Below are positions 45,223 through 55,458 of a DNA stretch of 64,000 nucleotides, one piece after another. The stretch's first letter is position 1. Each line of letters starts with the position of its first letter. The translations under genes were made by a program, and so were the position numbers. The DNA is from Nitrospirota bacterium. GTDB taxonomy: Bacteria; Nitrospirota; Thermodesulfovibrionia; Thermodesulfovibrionales; SM23-35. Location: assembly GCA_040753955.1 (NCBI GenBank), contig JBFMDQ010000002.1, positions 6,592-70,591 of the forward strand. Reading direction: 5' to 3'. Under the pieces are notes generated by a model, which saw only the letters and a list, made by a program, of their open reading frames with translations, searched no databases and was not told the DNA's origin.

Positions 45223-45251
45223 TTTCTAACGGGTTGAGCTTTCTAACGGGG
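45187..45251 (+). repeat. CCCCGTTAGAAA/TTTCTAACGGGG repeat element, short copy
   Basis: TTTACCCCGTTAGAAAGAAAGTTCCG ... TTTCTAACGGG ... GAGCTTTCTAACGGGG. One copy is complementary to two downstream copies. Confidence 0.7.
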
Positions 45252-45315
45252 TTTACTTATCTGACCGTTTCTGATAGTTTTAATAAAGGCCAATAACCTT
45301 ATAGGAGAGTTGGCA

Positions 45316-46014
45316 ATGACAAGAAGCATTCTTATTTTTATCATATTCTTTCTCGGTTCTTGTGCAACCGGGAGGGAAAACATCGAGAGGGCAAACGCCC
45401 ACTACAGGATAGGGCTCTCTTATTTTAATGAAGATAAGATACAGATGGCCTATGTTGAGTTTCAAAAGGCACTCGAACTTAACCCGAACGATAAGGAAGT
45501 GCTTAATGCGCTCGGTGTAGTCTATCTCAGATTTGAGGATTTTCAGAAGGCAAGGGAATCATTTTTAAAAGCAATTACTTTAGACCCTGATTTTTCAGAG
45601 GCTCATAATAACCTCGGTGTTACCTATGGGAAAATGGGCAGGTGGTCTGATACGTTAAATTCATTCAAGGCAGCACTTAAAAACCCTGTATATCAAAAAC
45701 CCGAGATCGCATATACTGGCCTTGGTGAAGCCTATTATAGATTGGGACGCATTGATGAGGCAATCAATGCCTACAGAGAGGCAATAAAGCGCGCACAGGA
45801 TTTTTACCGTCCCTATTACGGTCTGGCCCTCTGTTACAATGCTAAAGGCCAGTATGGTGATGCCGCTACTGTAATTATGCGAGCAATAGATCTCGACCCC
45901 ATTTTTAGAGGAGATAGGAAAAAATTAATAGATGACCTCAAGAACAAAAGTCCAATAGCAAAGGGTGAAGAAAAAAAAGACATTATTGATTATCTTGAGA
46001 TACTGAGGTATTGA
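45316..46014 (+). CDS. TPR-repeat lipoprotein (PilW/PilF-like)
   Basis: Signal peptide plus lipobox FFLGSC, followed by TPR repeats. AGGAGAG SD lies 6 nt before the ATG at 45316. Confidence 0.75.
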   Translation: MTRSILIFIIFFLGSCATGRENIERANAHYRIGLSYFNEDKIQMAYVEFQKALELNPNDKEVLNALGVVYLRFEDFQKARESFLKAITLDPDFSEAHNNLGVTYGKMGRWSDTLNSFKAALKNPVYQKPEIAYTGLGEAYYRLGRIDEAINAYREAIKRAQDFYRPYYGLALCYNAKGQYGDAATVIMRAIDLDPIFRGDRKKLIDDLKNKSPIAKGEEKKDIIDYLEILRY

Positions 46015-46051
46015 GAGGTCTCCAAAAAGTCAAAGACTTTCCGGAGCTGTT

Positions 46052-46983
<932 letters not shown>

Positions 46984-46984
<1 letters not shown>

Positions 46985-47475
46985 CAGAGCTTGCTTAGTA
47001 TCTTCTTTGTTGCCTTCTCTTTCTTTGAGAGTCTCTTTGGATTACCTTTCCTACTGGTCACACTGTATTCTTCATTGTCATCTTCATATAAAACTTCTTT
47101 TTCAGTCTGCTTTTTCTCTATAGCTTTCAGAAAATCTTCTGAAGGTATCGGCACAGAACCTGATGCCCATGCATGTGATGCTATATCCCTGTCTGATGTC
47201 ACCACAACCCACTGACGCCTGTCAGAGGAGATTATATGCTTAATGGCAGAATCAGCCTTCTCGCCGAGTCTCGAATAGATGACCTTTATCCCACCAATTA
47301 TGGATTGACTCTCCTGGCCCACTCCTGCCTTCCATCCATCAAAGACAACAGTTATATTGTGACCTTTTTTCTTCCTGTATTCAATGAGGGACTCAATCAG
47401 TATCTTCCTCTGCTTTTCGAGGTCCTTATGATAGATACCAATCAAGTTGTAACCATCAATGATTATCGAAGAAAT
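46984..47475 (-). CDS. NYN-domain (YacP/Rae1-like) ribonuclease, probable ATT start
   Basis: IIIDGYNLIG ... VVFDG ... VVTSDRD. The conserved DGYN lies upstream of the first TTG (47445). AAAGGAGG is followed 7 nt later by an in-frame ATT at 47475. Confidence 0.7.
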
Positions 47476-47532
47476 AGCAAAACCTCCTTTAATATTATAT
47501 TATAATTCTCTATATCATCAAAAATTGGGAAT

Positions 47533-49152
47533 ATGAACGGTATTCATTATAAGAAGAGATTTCTGAAAGGGCTTTTGATTGCCCTGAGAATCATTGTTTC
47601 CTACAGGCTCTTTAACCTTTTGAGCATTTTCATGACCTCTTATAGAAAAGAGGAGAGACTTAAGAAACTGCACAGGAAGAATGCCATCTTTTTCAGGGGA
47701 AAGGCTCTTGAGATGAAAGGTATTATGATAAAGGTTGGACAGTTCCTCAGCTCGAGGGTTGACTTCCTGCCTGATGAATACACTTCGGAGCTCTCACTTC
47801 TTCAGGACAGTGTTCCGCCCCATGACTACAATAAGATAAAGAAAAGGATAATAAAGGAGCTTGGGGCCCCTCCTGAGGATATCTTCTTGAAGTTCAACAC
47901 AGAACCTATAGCAGCAGCATCTTTAGGCCAGGTACACGAGGCGGTCTTAAGGGATGGTCGCAAGGTCGCAGTAAAGATACAGTATCCTGACATCGAGAAA
48001 ATAATCGAAACAGATATCAGAACACTTAAGGCTGTCATAAAGTTAATCAGAGGTAGATTCGGGCGTATAAACTTCGATATGTTACATGATGAATTTTCGA
48101 GGATTTTAAGGGCAGAGCTCAACTATCTTGAGGAAGGCAAAAATGCTGAAAGGTTCAGAGGTAACTTCGGAGGGGTTGATAGGGTTATCTTCCCTGAGGT
48201 TTACTGGGAATACACCACCAAGCATGTGTTAACGCTGGAGTTTGTTGAAGGTATAAAGATCACAGAATATGAAACCCTGAGGGCATCGGGCATAAATAAC
48301 AAAGATGTAGCTACCCTCCTTGGAGAGGTATACTCAAGGATGATATATCTGCATGGTTTCTTCCATGGAGACCCCCATCCAGGTAACATATTTGTGAAAC
48401 ATGGTCCAAGGCTTGTATTTGTTGATTTCGGGATCGTTCAGGCGATCCCTGAGAGAATAAGAAGAGAATTGCGAAGGTTTGCGAATGCTGTTGTAGAGAG
48501 GAATCCAGAAAATGCGGTAGATTCACTGGGGAAAATGGGTTTTATACTCGAGGGTGCAGACTACAGGTCTATAATCGATCTTGCACAATCTCTGATGGAT
48601 AAATACAGGGATATAACTCCCAGAGAATTGAAGGAACTTACGATCGACGATATCTGGAAAGAGATTGAAAGTGTTATAAATGTTCTTGACTTCATACAGA
48701 TACCCAACAACTTTATTCTCCTCGGCAGAACAATAGGCATTTTAAACGGGATATCCTACAGGTTGAATCCCGAGATCAATATTATAGAGATAGGCACACC
48801 CTTTATAAAGGAGTTCTTAAGAGGCGGAAAAAGAGAACAAGTTGAAACAATTCTAAGGGAATTGAAAGATACGAGTATAAAGCTCTGGAGGATACCATCT
48901 TTGCTTGATGAATTTTTACATAGGGCAAACAGGGGTGATTTGGTAGTCAGGATGTCCCATTCCGACATTGAAAAAACAACAGATCAGTTTACATCTACAA
49001 CCAGGATAATGATGCTGGTTATTCTCACTGTTACTCTGGCTGTAGCAGCACTCTTTTTTGAGATGATTCATCAAAGGGTTTTCGCAGTAGCTGCTGCCGC
49101 CTCATCCGTAACCCTCGGGATCGTATCCGTATTCAGGTTGATGAGAAAATAA
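47533..49152 (+). CDS. ubiB: ABC1/UbiB-family atypical kinase
   Basis: AAASLGQVHEA, VAVKIQYP and FFHGDPHPGNIFV motifs, plus C-terminal TM segments. Confidence 0.85.
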   Translation: MNGIHYKKRFLKGLLIALRIIVSYRLFNLLSIFMTSYRKEERLKKLHRKNAIFFRGKALEMKGIMIKVGQFLSSRVDFLPDEYTSELSLLQDSVPPHDYNKIKKRIIKELGAPPEDIFLKFNTEPIAAASLGQVHEAVLRDGRKVAVKIQYPDIEKIIETDIRTLKAVIKLIRGRFGRINFDMLHDEFSRILRAELNYLEEGKNAERFRGNFGGVDRVIFPEVYWEYTTKHVLTLEFVEGIKITEYETLRASGINNKDVATLLGEVYSRMIYLHGFFHGDPHPGNIFVKHGPRLVFVDFGIVQAIPERIRRELRRFANAVVERNPENAVDSLGKMGFILEGADYRSIIDLAQSLMDKYRDITPRELKELTIDDIWKEIESVINVLDFIQIPNNFILLGRTIGILNGISYRLNPEINIIEIGTPFIKEFLRGGKREQVETILRELKDTSIKLWRIPSLLDEFLHRANRGDLVVRMSHSDIEKTTDQFTSTTRIMMLVILTVTLAVAALFFEMIHQRVFAVAAAASSVTLGIVSVFRLMRK

Positions 49153-49907
49153 TGATAAATCCACATGTCCATATCCCCTATCACAGAATGGGGGATTATC
49201 TTCACTTCATAAAAGAGAAACGCCTAAACCTCGAGATATATTTTACATCAAATTCCCTCGACATTATAAACGATTCTGACATCATAAGGCTTAAAGAAGG
49301 GCTCGATTATCAGCCATCTTTAACCTTTCATGCGCCATTTATGGACCTATCACCAGGGGCAGTGGATTCAAAAGTCAGGGCTGTCACTATCGAGCAGTTT
49401 TCACATATCTTTGATATAGCAGAAACCATAAAGCCCGAGGCAGTAGTCTTTCATTCAGGCTATGAAAAATGGAAATATGCACATAGGGTTGATATCTGGC
49501 TTGAGGGTAGCCTGATAACGTGGAAGAAACTTTTACCCAGGGCTATAGAGATGGGTCTAAAGATAGTCATAGAAAATATCTTTGAGGATGACTCAACAAA
49601 CCTGAGGCTTCTTATGGAGGAGATGGGTTCTAAATATTTTGGTATATGTTTTGACACAGGACATTTTAATCTCTTCTCAAAGACCCCTCTTGAAGAATGG
49701 TTGAGGCAGCTAAAGCCTTACATAATCGAACTCCATCTGCATGACAACAACAGGGGTGCTGATACCCATAACGCAATCGGGGACGGGACTTTTGATTTTG
49801 ATACCTTATTCTCTATGCTTAAAGATAAAGACCTTATCTATACGATTGAGGCACATACACCGAATGATGTCTTAAAAAGTTTTGAAAGGCTCAAGGCTTA
49901 CCTATAG
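49152..49907 (+). CDS. sugar phosphate isomerase/epimerase (xylose isomerase-like TIM barrel)
   Basis: HAPF..., VVFHSG, IVIENI, CFDTGH and ELHLHDN form the typical metal-ligand pattern of this fold. Confidence 0.7.
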   Translation: MINPHVHIPYHRMGDYLHFIKEKRLNLEIYFTSNSLDIINDSDIIRLKEGLDYQPSLTFHAPFMDLSPGAVDSKVRAVTIEQFSHIFDIAETIKPEAVVFHSGYEKWKYAHRVDIWLEGSLITWKKLLPRAIEMGLKIVIENIFEDDSTNLRLLMEEMGSKYFGICFDTGHFNLFSKTPLEEWLRQLKPYIIELHLHDNNRGADTHNAIGDGTFDFDTLFSMLKDKDLIYTIEAHTPNDVLKSFERLKAYL

Positions 49908-51020
49908 CCTGTCTACCTGATTCTTTATCGAAAATCCCTTGGGTTCTGGTAAACCTCTCCCCTTATATTGGACGATAACCTTGTGAGTTTCACCCATGGT
50001 ACCAGGTAAAATTAATCCCTTTATCTTTGCAACCTCAAAAAGATAATCAGGGGAACTTTCATGAAGTTCATTAATTATCTCATCGATCCCGAGGGCAATA
50101 AGGAAGACTCCTTGCTGGCAGAATCCAAGGGTCTTCAATCCGATATCTTCTCCCCATTTCTTTACAGACGAGAAATTAACATGTGCTGTAATGTCCTGCT
50201 CTCCTATGTTCTTGTAAGGGTCTTCATTTATCTGGTGTTTGTAATAACAGAGAAGGGTACCCCTGTTTCTATCATCGCTGTAATAATCCTGTGCAGAATA
50301 ACCATAATCTATTGCCAAAATAAATCCTTCTGACAGTACTTCGTCAACAGATCTGAGCCAGTCTTTTATCCTGAGGTTAATCTCTGTCCTGTATCCTTTT
50401 GGGAGTTCTATGGAAAATTCATTTAAGTAATCAGCTATAGCGCCCGTACTCACGTCTCCTTTTATCTCAAACAGTGTGCCTCTATCAGCATCGACATAAA
50501 CCTCTCTCAGCTCGTCTTCCATCTCAATTAGATGGACGGGAAAGGCATCGAGGAGTTCATTCGAGAGGATACAGCCCCTTATGCTTCCTGCTTCTTTTAA
50601 TGAAGAACACCACTTCACTCTATGCAGAAAACCCTCAAGCAGTTTCTCCTGTTTATGCTGCATAAAGGGGCTGTGCTCAACTATTACATAGGTCAGTAAA
50701 TTAAAAAAATCCCTTTTTGTGAGGTAATTGAGGATATCTTTGCACATATATCCTGCGCCTGCGCCGATCTCAATAACATGGAAGTCTGTAGGCCTTTTCA
50801 TTACCTCCCACATCTCTTCAACCTGCCTTCCTATCATTGCCCCGAATGCAGGGTGAAGATGCGAACTCGTATAGAAATCCCCTGCCTTTCCTATCTCTGT
50901 CTTTTCAGATGCGTAATAACCCAACCCGGGCTCATAAAGAGCCATTTCCATAAAGGTTTCGAAGGTGATAGGACCTTCTCTCTTGATTTTCTCTATAATC
51001 TTTTGCGTAAGGAGGTTCAT
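49902..51020 (-). CDS. SAM-dependent methyltransferase, DUF185 / NDUFAF7 (MidA)-like
   Basis: GPITFETFMEMALYEPGLGYY N-terminus and IEIGAGAGYM motif I. Confidence 0.75.
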   Translation of the reverse strand: MNLLTQKIIEKIKREGPITFETFMEMALYEPGLGYYASEKTEIGKAGDFYTSSHLHPAFGAMIGRQVEEMWEVMKRPTDFHVIEIGAGAGYMCKDILNYLTKRDFFNLLTYVIVEHSPFMQHKQEKLLEGFLHRVKWCSSLKEAGSIRGCILSNELLDAFPVHLIEMEDELREVYVDADRGTLFEIKGDVSTGAIADYLNEFSIELPKGYRTEINLRIKDWLRSVDEVLSEGFILAIDYGYSAQDYYSDDRNRGTLLCYYKHQINEDPYKNIGEQDITAHVNFSSVKKWGEDIGLKTLGFCQQGVFLIALGIDEIINELHESSPDYLFEVAKIKGLILPGTMGETHKVIVQYKGRGLPEPKGFSIKNQVDRL

Positions 51021-51043
51021 GTTAGGTTAAAAGAAAATCGGGA

Positions 51044-51118
51044 TGGTAGGCGCGAGGGGGATTGAACCCCTGACTTCTTCCGCGTCAAGGAAGCGCTCTC
51101 CCACTGAGCTACGCGCCT
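51044..51118 (-). tRNA. tRNA-Val (anticodon GAC), CCA encoded
   Basis: Minus strand: AGGCGCG-TA-GCTC-AGTGGGA-GAGC-G-CTTCC-TTGACGC-GGAAG-AAGTC-AGGGG-TTCAATC-CCCCT-CGCGCCT-A-CCA. Confidence 0.9.
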
Positions 51119-51236
51119 AAAGATGTATAATTTAAACATGAAACCGACGAGATTTGTCAAGAATAGGGCCTGAGGCATCCCATGCTCTTTGGAGGGAGCC
51201 CTATGCCCAGCTTGATTATGATACCATGAAAATGAA

Positions 51237-51818
51237 ATGGGAAAAGAGTTAGTTTTACCTTTTGAAACTATTTTCATGCAGGAGATTTGCCTGACAGATG
51301 AAAAAATCAGAGAGCTAATCAAAAAAGGTCGGCTCTTCTGGAATAAAGGATTGGCGCCTGGTGCAAGTGGTAATCTAAGCTTCAGGAAAGAAAACGGTTT
51401 TGTTATTACCTCCACCAGAGCTAAACTTTCAACCCTTTCTTTGGAAGATTTTGTCGAGGTGGTGAGATTAGAGAACCGCAAAGTTTGGGTCAGAGGGAAA
51501 AAACTTCCCTCCTCGGAAACCCTGCTTCATTGGGAAATTTATAAAATGAGAAAAGATATTAATGCGATTTTCCATCTCCACGATGCCGAGGTCCTCGGGA
51601 AAGGAGAAAAATTTCAAATTCCTTGTACTTTTGAAGAGAAACCTGAAGGAAGCTATGAGCTGGCTCAAGAAGTAGTGAAGCTCCTTAAGATAGAACCAGA
51701 AATATCTTACTTCATCCTCAGAGGTCATGGCATAGTCTCTTTAGGAAAAAGCATTGGGGAGGCAAATAGATTGGTTCTGACTTATCATAATATCGTAAAG
51801 GGGGCTAAAAAAGTCTGA
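51237..51818 (+). CDS. class II aldolase/adducin-family protein
   Basis: APGASGNLSFR, ITSTRAKL and HLHD motifs; 193 aa. Confidence 0.75.
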   Translation: MGKELVLPFETIFMQEICLTDEKIRELIKKGRLFWNKGLAPGASGNLSFRKENGFVITSTRAKLSTLSLEDFVEVVRLENRKVWVRGKKLPSSETLLHWEIYKMRKDINAIFHLHDAEVLGKGEKFQIPCTFEEKPEGSYELAQEVVKLLKIEPEISYFILRGHGIVSLGKSIGEANRLVLTYHNIVKGAKKV

Positions 51819-53058
51819 TCTCAACAATCTCGCCTTCCTCCACCCCGAGTTTTCTGAGAGGTATGACGGCTGTTCCGTCTGCTTTTACCAGTGTTGTAAT
51901 GAGGCCTGATTTTCCGAGGAGAGGCACAGCCCATAGCTCCCCTCCCCTTTCCTCCAGATATACTCCTATATGCTCTTCTCTACCAGGGCTTGAGGAGATG
52001 TTCCTCGCAATCCTTGCTTTAATTGTTCGCTTCACCTTCTCTACTCTATTGTCACTTAATCCTGAGAGGCTTTCTAATACAGGCCTCACGAATATCTCGA
52101 AACACACTGTAATAGCTGCTGGATGCCCTGGGAGACCAAATACAGGGACACTATCTACAATGCCGCCTATCAATGGTTTGCCAGGCTTCAGTGAAACACC
52201 ATGGAAGAGGACACCGGGCCTTCCAAGCTCATCTATAACCTTTGCCGTGACATCTTTTACACCAACGGAACTACCGCCCGAAATCAAGACCATGTCCGAG
52301 TCCTTTAAGGAATCTCTAACAACCCCTTTTATGCTCTCGTAATCATCTTTGAAAATACCTTTTATGAGAGGCAGGGCTCCTGCCATAAAGAGAAGTCCTG
52401 CAAGGTTATAAGAATTTATATCCCTTACCTGCCCCGGCTTTATTGGCTTTTCGGGAGGAACTATCTCATCACCTGTTGATATTGTAGATACCTTTGGCTT
52501 TTCATAGACCCAGATGCAGCTTATCCCAAGCCCTGCAAGTGCTCCTACATCCTGTGGCTTCAGTTTATGGCCCTTCTCGAGGACACATTCACCCCTCCTT
52601 ACATCCTCTCCCCCCTGTATAACATTTTCGCCAGGTGCAACGGATTTCACAACCTCTATCATTTTCTCATCGATCTGCTGAGTATGCTCGAGCATCACCA
52701 CGGCATCTGCACCCTTTGGAAGCATCCCGCCCGTTGCAATGGCCGCAACCTCATTTTTTCTCAGTTCAAAGTCAGGCTCTTCTCCCATTACTATCTCGTA
52801 TCTTACATTCAGATATGCAGGCATCGTTTCTGTCGCACCGAAGGTATCAGATGCGGAAATCGCATATCCATCCACTGTAGAACGGGAAAAGCCTGGGAGG
52901 TCCTCTGGAGAAATGATATCCCTCGATAATACCCTTCCATAGGATTCTTCGATTCTCAGCAATATCTCAGGAGGAAGTTTAGGAGAAAGGTTGCTGAAGA
53001 TGAGCTCGAGGGCACTCTCTACAGTTATTACCTCTTCTCTGCCAAGCATGTCCCGCAT
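51805..53058 (-). CDS. moeA: molybdopterin molybdotransferase
   Basis: MoeA/gephyrin-E architecture (SRSTVDGYA..., STGDEI, ISGGSSVG, GLPGHPAA). Confidence 0.85.
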   Translation of the reverse strand: MRDMLGREEVITVESALELIFSNLSPKLPPEILLRIEESYGRVLSRDIISPEDLPGFSRSTVDGYAISASDTFGATETMPAYLNVRYEIVMGEEPDFELRKNEVAAIATGGMLPKGADAVVMLEHTQQIDEKMIEVVKSVAPGENVIQGGEDVRRGECVLEKGHKLKPQDVGALAGLGISCIWVYEKPKVSTISTGDEIVPPEKPIKPGQVRDINSYNLAGLLFMAGALPLIKGIFKDDYESIKGVVRDSLKDSDMVLISGGSSVGVKDVTAKVIDELGRPGVLFHGVSLKPGKPLIGGIVDSVPVFGLPGHPAAITVCFEIFVRPVLESLSGLSDNRVEKVKRTIKARIARNISSSPGREEHIGVYLEERGGELWAVPLLGKSGLITTLVKADGTAVIPLRKLGVEEGEIVEIRLF

Positions 53059-53066
53059 TGCTTTCC

Positions 53067-53624
53067 CTAATCTCTATTAAATCTATTCATTGCTTTACCC
53101 AGCCCATCTAATAGGATTGAGGTGACAGCGTCCGACGCTCTTTCGATAGCCTTTTTTATTAAAAAGACCTCACCCCTTCTGAACCTGGTCAGGACATAAT
53201 CCTCCGCTGAAATACTCGCATCTCTTCCTATCCCTATCTTTAACCGAGTAAACTCCTTTGATCCGATACCCTGTATTATTGACTCAACTCCTTTGTGACC
53301 TCCTGATGAACCCTTTATCCTGATCCGGAGTTTTCCTATCTCCATATCGAGGTCGTCATGAATGACTATAAGTCTCTCCAGAGGGATGTTAAATCTGCTT
53401 ATTATGTCTTTTACGGCGAGACCGCTCCTGTTCATATAAAGAAGGGGCTCTATAAGCAGGAATTTCTCTCCATCTATAGAGCCCCTCCCTATCCTGTATT
53501 TCTCCTCCTCTTTGAGGTCTATTTTATATCTTCTTGCAATTTCTTCAGCAACCATAAAGCCAATATTGTGTCTTGTTCTGGAATATTTTTTCCCAGGGTT
53601 TCCAAGGCCCACCACCATCCACAA
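53067..53624 (-). CDS. pth: peptidyl-tRNA hydrolase
   Basis: VVGLGNPGKKYSRTRHNIGF, HDDLD and GGHKG motifs. Confidence 0.95.
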   Translation of the reverse strand: MWMVVGLGNPGKKYSRTRHNIGFMVAEEIARRYKIDLKEEEKYRIGRGSIDGEKFLLIEPLLYMNRSGLAVKDIISRFNIPLERLIVIHDDLDMEIGKLRIRIKGSSGGHKGVESIIQGIGSKEFTRLKIGIGRDASISAEDYVLTRFRRGEVFLIKKAIERASDAVTSILLDGLGKAMNRFNRD

Positions 53625-54269
53625 CTAACCCTCCTCCTCCCTCTTTCCTTTCTTTATCACCTCTGGCTCTTTAATCTCGGGTGCAACAACCTCGGCAGGT
53701 GCAACCTCCTCAACTACAGGAGCTACAACATTAACTATAACCTCATCAGGGTCAGTGAGAACCTTTATGCCCTCTTCGAGTTTCAGGTCCCTGACATGAA
53801 GAGACTGGCCTATTTCAAGACCTGATATATCTATTTCGATGTGTCCTGGAATACTGTCTGGAAGACATTCCACCTCTATCTCCCTGAGCAGGTACTGCAA
53901 TACCCCTCCATTCCTCCTAACACCTATTGGTTCCCCAATAATAGTTATATGTACGGTGACCCTCACTTCTTCTGTAAGGGAGACCTCAAAAAAATCTGCA
54001 TGGAGTAACCCCCCTTTGGTGGGGTCAACCTGATAATCTTTCATCAATGCGAGTCTGCTCGAGCCATCCCCAAATTTAAGGTTCACCATAACCTGCTCAC
54101 CTGCGGTTGTATTAATAAACTGTGATAGCTCCTTCTCAGGAAATTTTATAGAGAGAGAATCTCCACCCCTATAAAGGATTGCTGGAATCATATTCTTCCT
54201 TCTCAGGGCACGAGCTGCACCCTTTCCAACTTCCTCCCTCTTTTCTACATTAAGAGTCATCCTCTCCAT
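53625..54269 (-). CDS. rplY: 50S ribosomal protein L25 / general stress protein Ctc
   Basis: GKGAARALRRKNMIPAILYRGG N-terminus, and a long form with an acidic C-terminal tail. Confidence 0.9.
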   Translation of the reverse strand: MERMTLNVEKREEVGKGAARALRRKNMIPAILYRGGDSLSIKFPEKELSQFINTTAGEQVMVNLKFGDGSSRLALMKDYQVDPTKGGLLHADFFEVSLTEEVRVTVHITIIGEPIGVRRNGGVLQYLLREIEVECLPDSIPGHIEIDISGLEIGQSLHVRDLKLEEGIKVLTDPDEVIVNVVAPVVEEVAPAEVVAPEIKEPEVIKKGKREEEG

Positions 54270-54282
54270 CTCTCCTCCTTTA

Positions 54283-54309
54283 CCCAGTTAGAAAGAATTT
54301 CTAACGGGG
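54283..54309. repeat. CCCAGTTAGAAA-gaa-TTTCTAACGGGG hairpin, immediately upstream of the rplY SD
   Basis: Near-perfect 12-bp inverted repeat with a 3-nt loop, in the prs-rplY spacer. It belongs to the same motif family as 45187, 39905 and 16522. Confidence 0.7.
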
Positions 54310-54310
54310 C

Positions 54311-55255
54311 TTACGCAAAAAGCGAACTTATTGAAGATTCCTCATGAATCCTCCTGATTGCCTCTCCTATAAGAGGCGCAATATTCAAAACAGTGAGCTT
54401 CCTGCACTGCTCTCTTTTGCTATCAAAGGGTATCGTATTTGTGACAATGAGTTCCTCTATAACCGAGTTATTCACCCTCTCAATAGCAGAACCAGAAAGC
54501 ACAGCATGTGTACACGCCGCAACAACTCGCCTCGCACCTTTCTCCTCCAGGGCACCGGCAGCCTGAGTAATTGTACCACCGGTATCAATCATGTCATCGA
54601 GTATGAAGGTGTCCATATTTTCGACTTCACCTATCACATTCATCACCTCTGAAACATTCATCATCTCCCGCCTCTTATCAATGATCGCGATGGAGCACTG
54701 GAGTCTTTTCGCAAAGGCCCTGGCCCTCTCGACACCGCCTGCATCAGGAGAGACGATTACGAGGTCTTCGAGATTATAATTCCTTCGTACATAGTCGAGA
54801 AGGACAGGTGCTGCATAGAGATTGTCAACAGGGATATTAAAAAATCCCTGAATCTGGGCTGCATGAAGATCCACAGTAAGGACCCTGTTCGTACCTGCCG
54901 CTGTTATCAGGTCAGCGACAAGCTTTGCCGATATAGGTACTCTCGGCTGGACCTTCCTATCTTGCCTTGCATATCCATAGTATGGCATAACAGCCGTTAT
55001 TCTCCTCGCAGATGCCCTCTTAAGGGCATCTACTACCAGAAGCAGCTCCATGATATTATGATTTACTGGCATACAGGTGGGCTGTAACACAAAGACATCA
55101 GCCCCCCTTACATTCTCATTTATACGAACCATTATCTCACTATCACTGAATGTCGTTACAGTGGCATCTCCGACAGGTATGTCGAGATAGTCTGCAACAT
55201 CCTGTACAAGCTCCCTATGGGCATTACCAGTAAAAAGTTTCATCCCTTCCGGCAT
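54311..55255 (-). CDS. prs: ribose-phosphate pyrophosphokinase
   Basis: DLHAAQIQGFF, VSPDAGGVERAR and DDMIDTGGT motifs. Confidence 0.95.
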   Translation of the reverse strand: MPEGMKLFTGNAHRELVQDVADYLDIPVGDATVTTFSDSEIMVRINENVRGADVFVLQPTCMPVNHNIMELLLVVDALKRASARRITAVMPYYGYARQDRKVQPRVPISAKLVADLITAAGTNRVLTVDLHAAQIQGFFNIPVDNLYAAPVLLDYVRRNYNLEDLVIVSPDAGGVERARAFAKRLQCSIAIIDKRREMMNVSEVMNVIGEVENMDTFILDDMIDTGGTITQAAGALEEKGARRVVAACTHAVLSGSAIERVNNSVIEELIVTNTIPFDSKREQCRKLTVLNIAPLIGEAIRRIHEESSISSLFA

Positions 55256-55275
55256 TGGTCCCTCCTTTTATCCGC

Positions 55276-55350
55276 TGGCTGGGGCGGGAGGATTCGAACC
55301 TCCAGATGGGAGATCCAAAGTCTCCTGACTTGCCATTTGTCTACGCCCCA
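55276..55350 (-). tRNA. tRNA-Gln (anticodon TTG), CCA encoded
   Basis: Minus strand: TGGGGCG ... GGAGA-CTTTGGA-TCTCC ... GGAGG-TTCGAAT-CCTCC-CGCCCCA-G-CCA. Confidence 0.9.
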
Positions 55351-55458
55351 ACAATAAAAGTTTAAAGTTGAAAGTTTAAAGTAAAAAGTTAAGAATGAAA
55401 AACATACTTCTAAAAAAATTGTTATTTCACTTTTAACTTTTAACTTCTCACTTCTTAC
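55351..55458. repeat. degenerate (A/G)AAAGTN heptamer tracts forming an imperfect inverted pair
   Basis: AAAAGTT TAAAGTT GAAAGTT TAAAGTA AAAAGTT ... then TTTCACTTTTAACTTTTAACTTCTCACTT. The same word family occurs at 2613-2654 and 2848-2875. Confidence 0.55.

Noticed and set aside
45280-45465. 61-aa minus-strand ORF upstream of and overlapping the TPR lipoprotein gene.
   Set aside because: It is antisense to a well-supported lipoprotein signal peptide and begins in repeat DNA.
51017-51481. 154-aa minus-strand ORF spanning tRNA-Val.
   Set aside because: It reads straight through the tRNA-Val gene and the 5' end of the aldolase gene on the opposite strand, with no coding signature.
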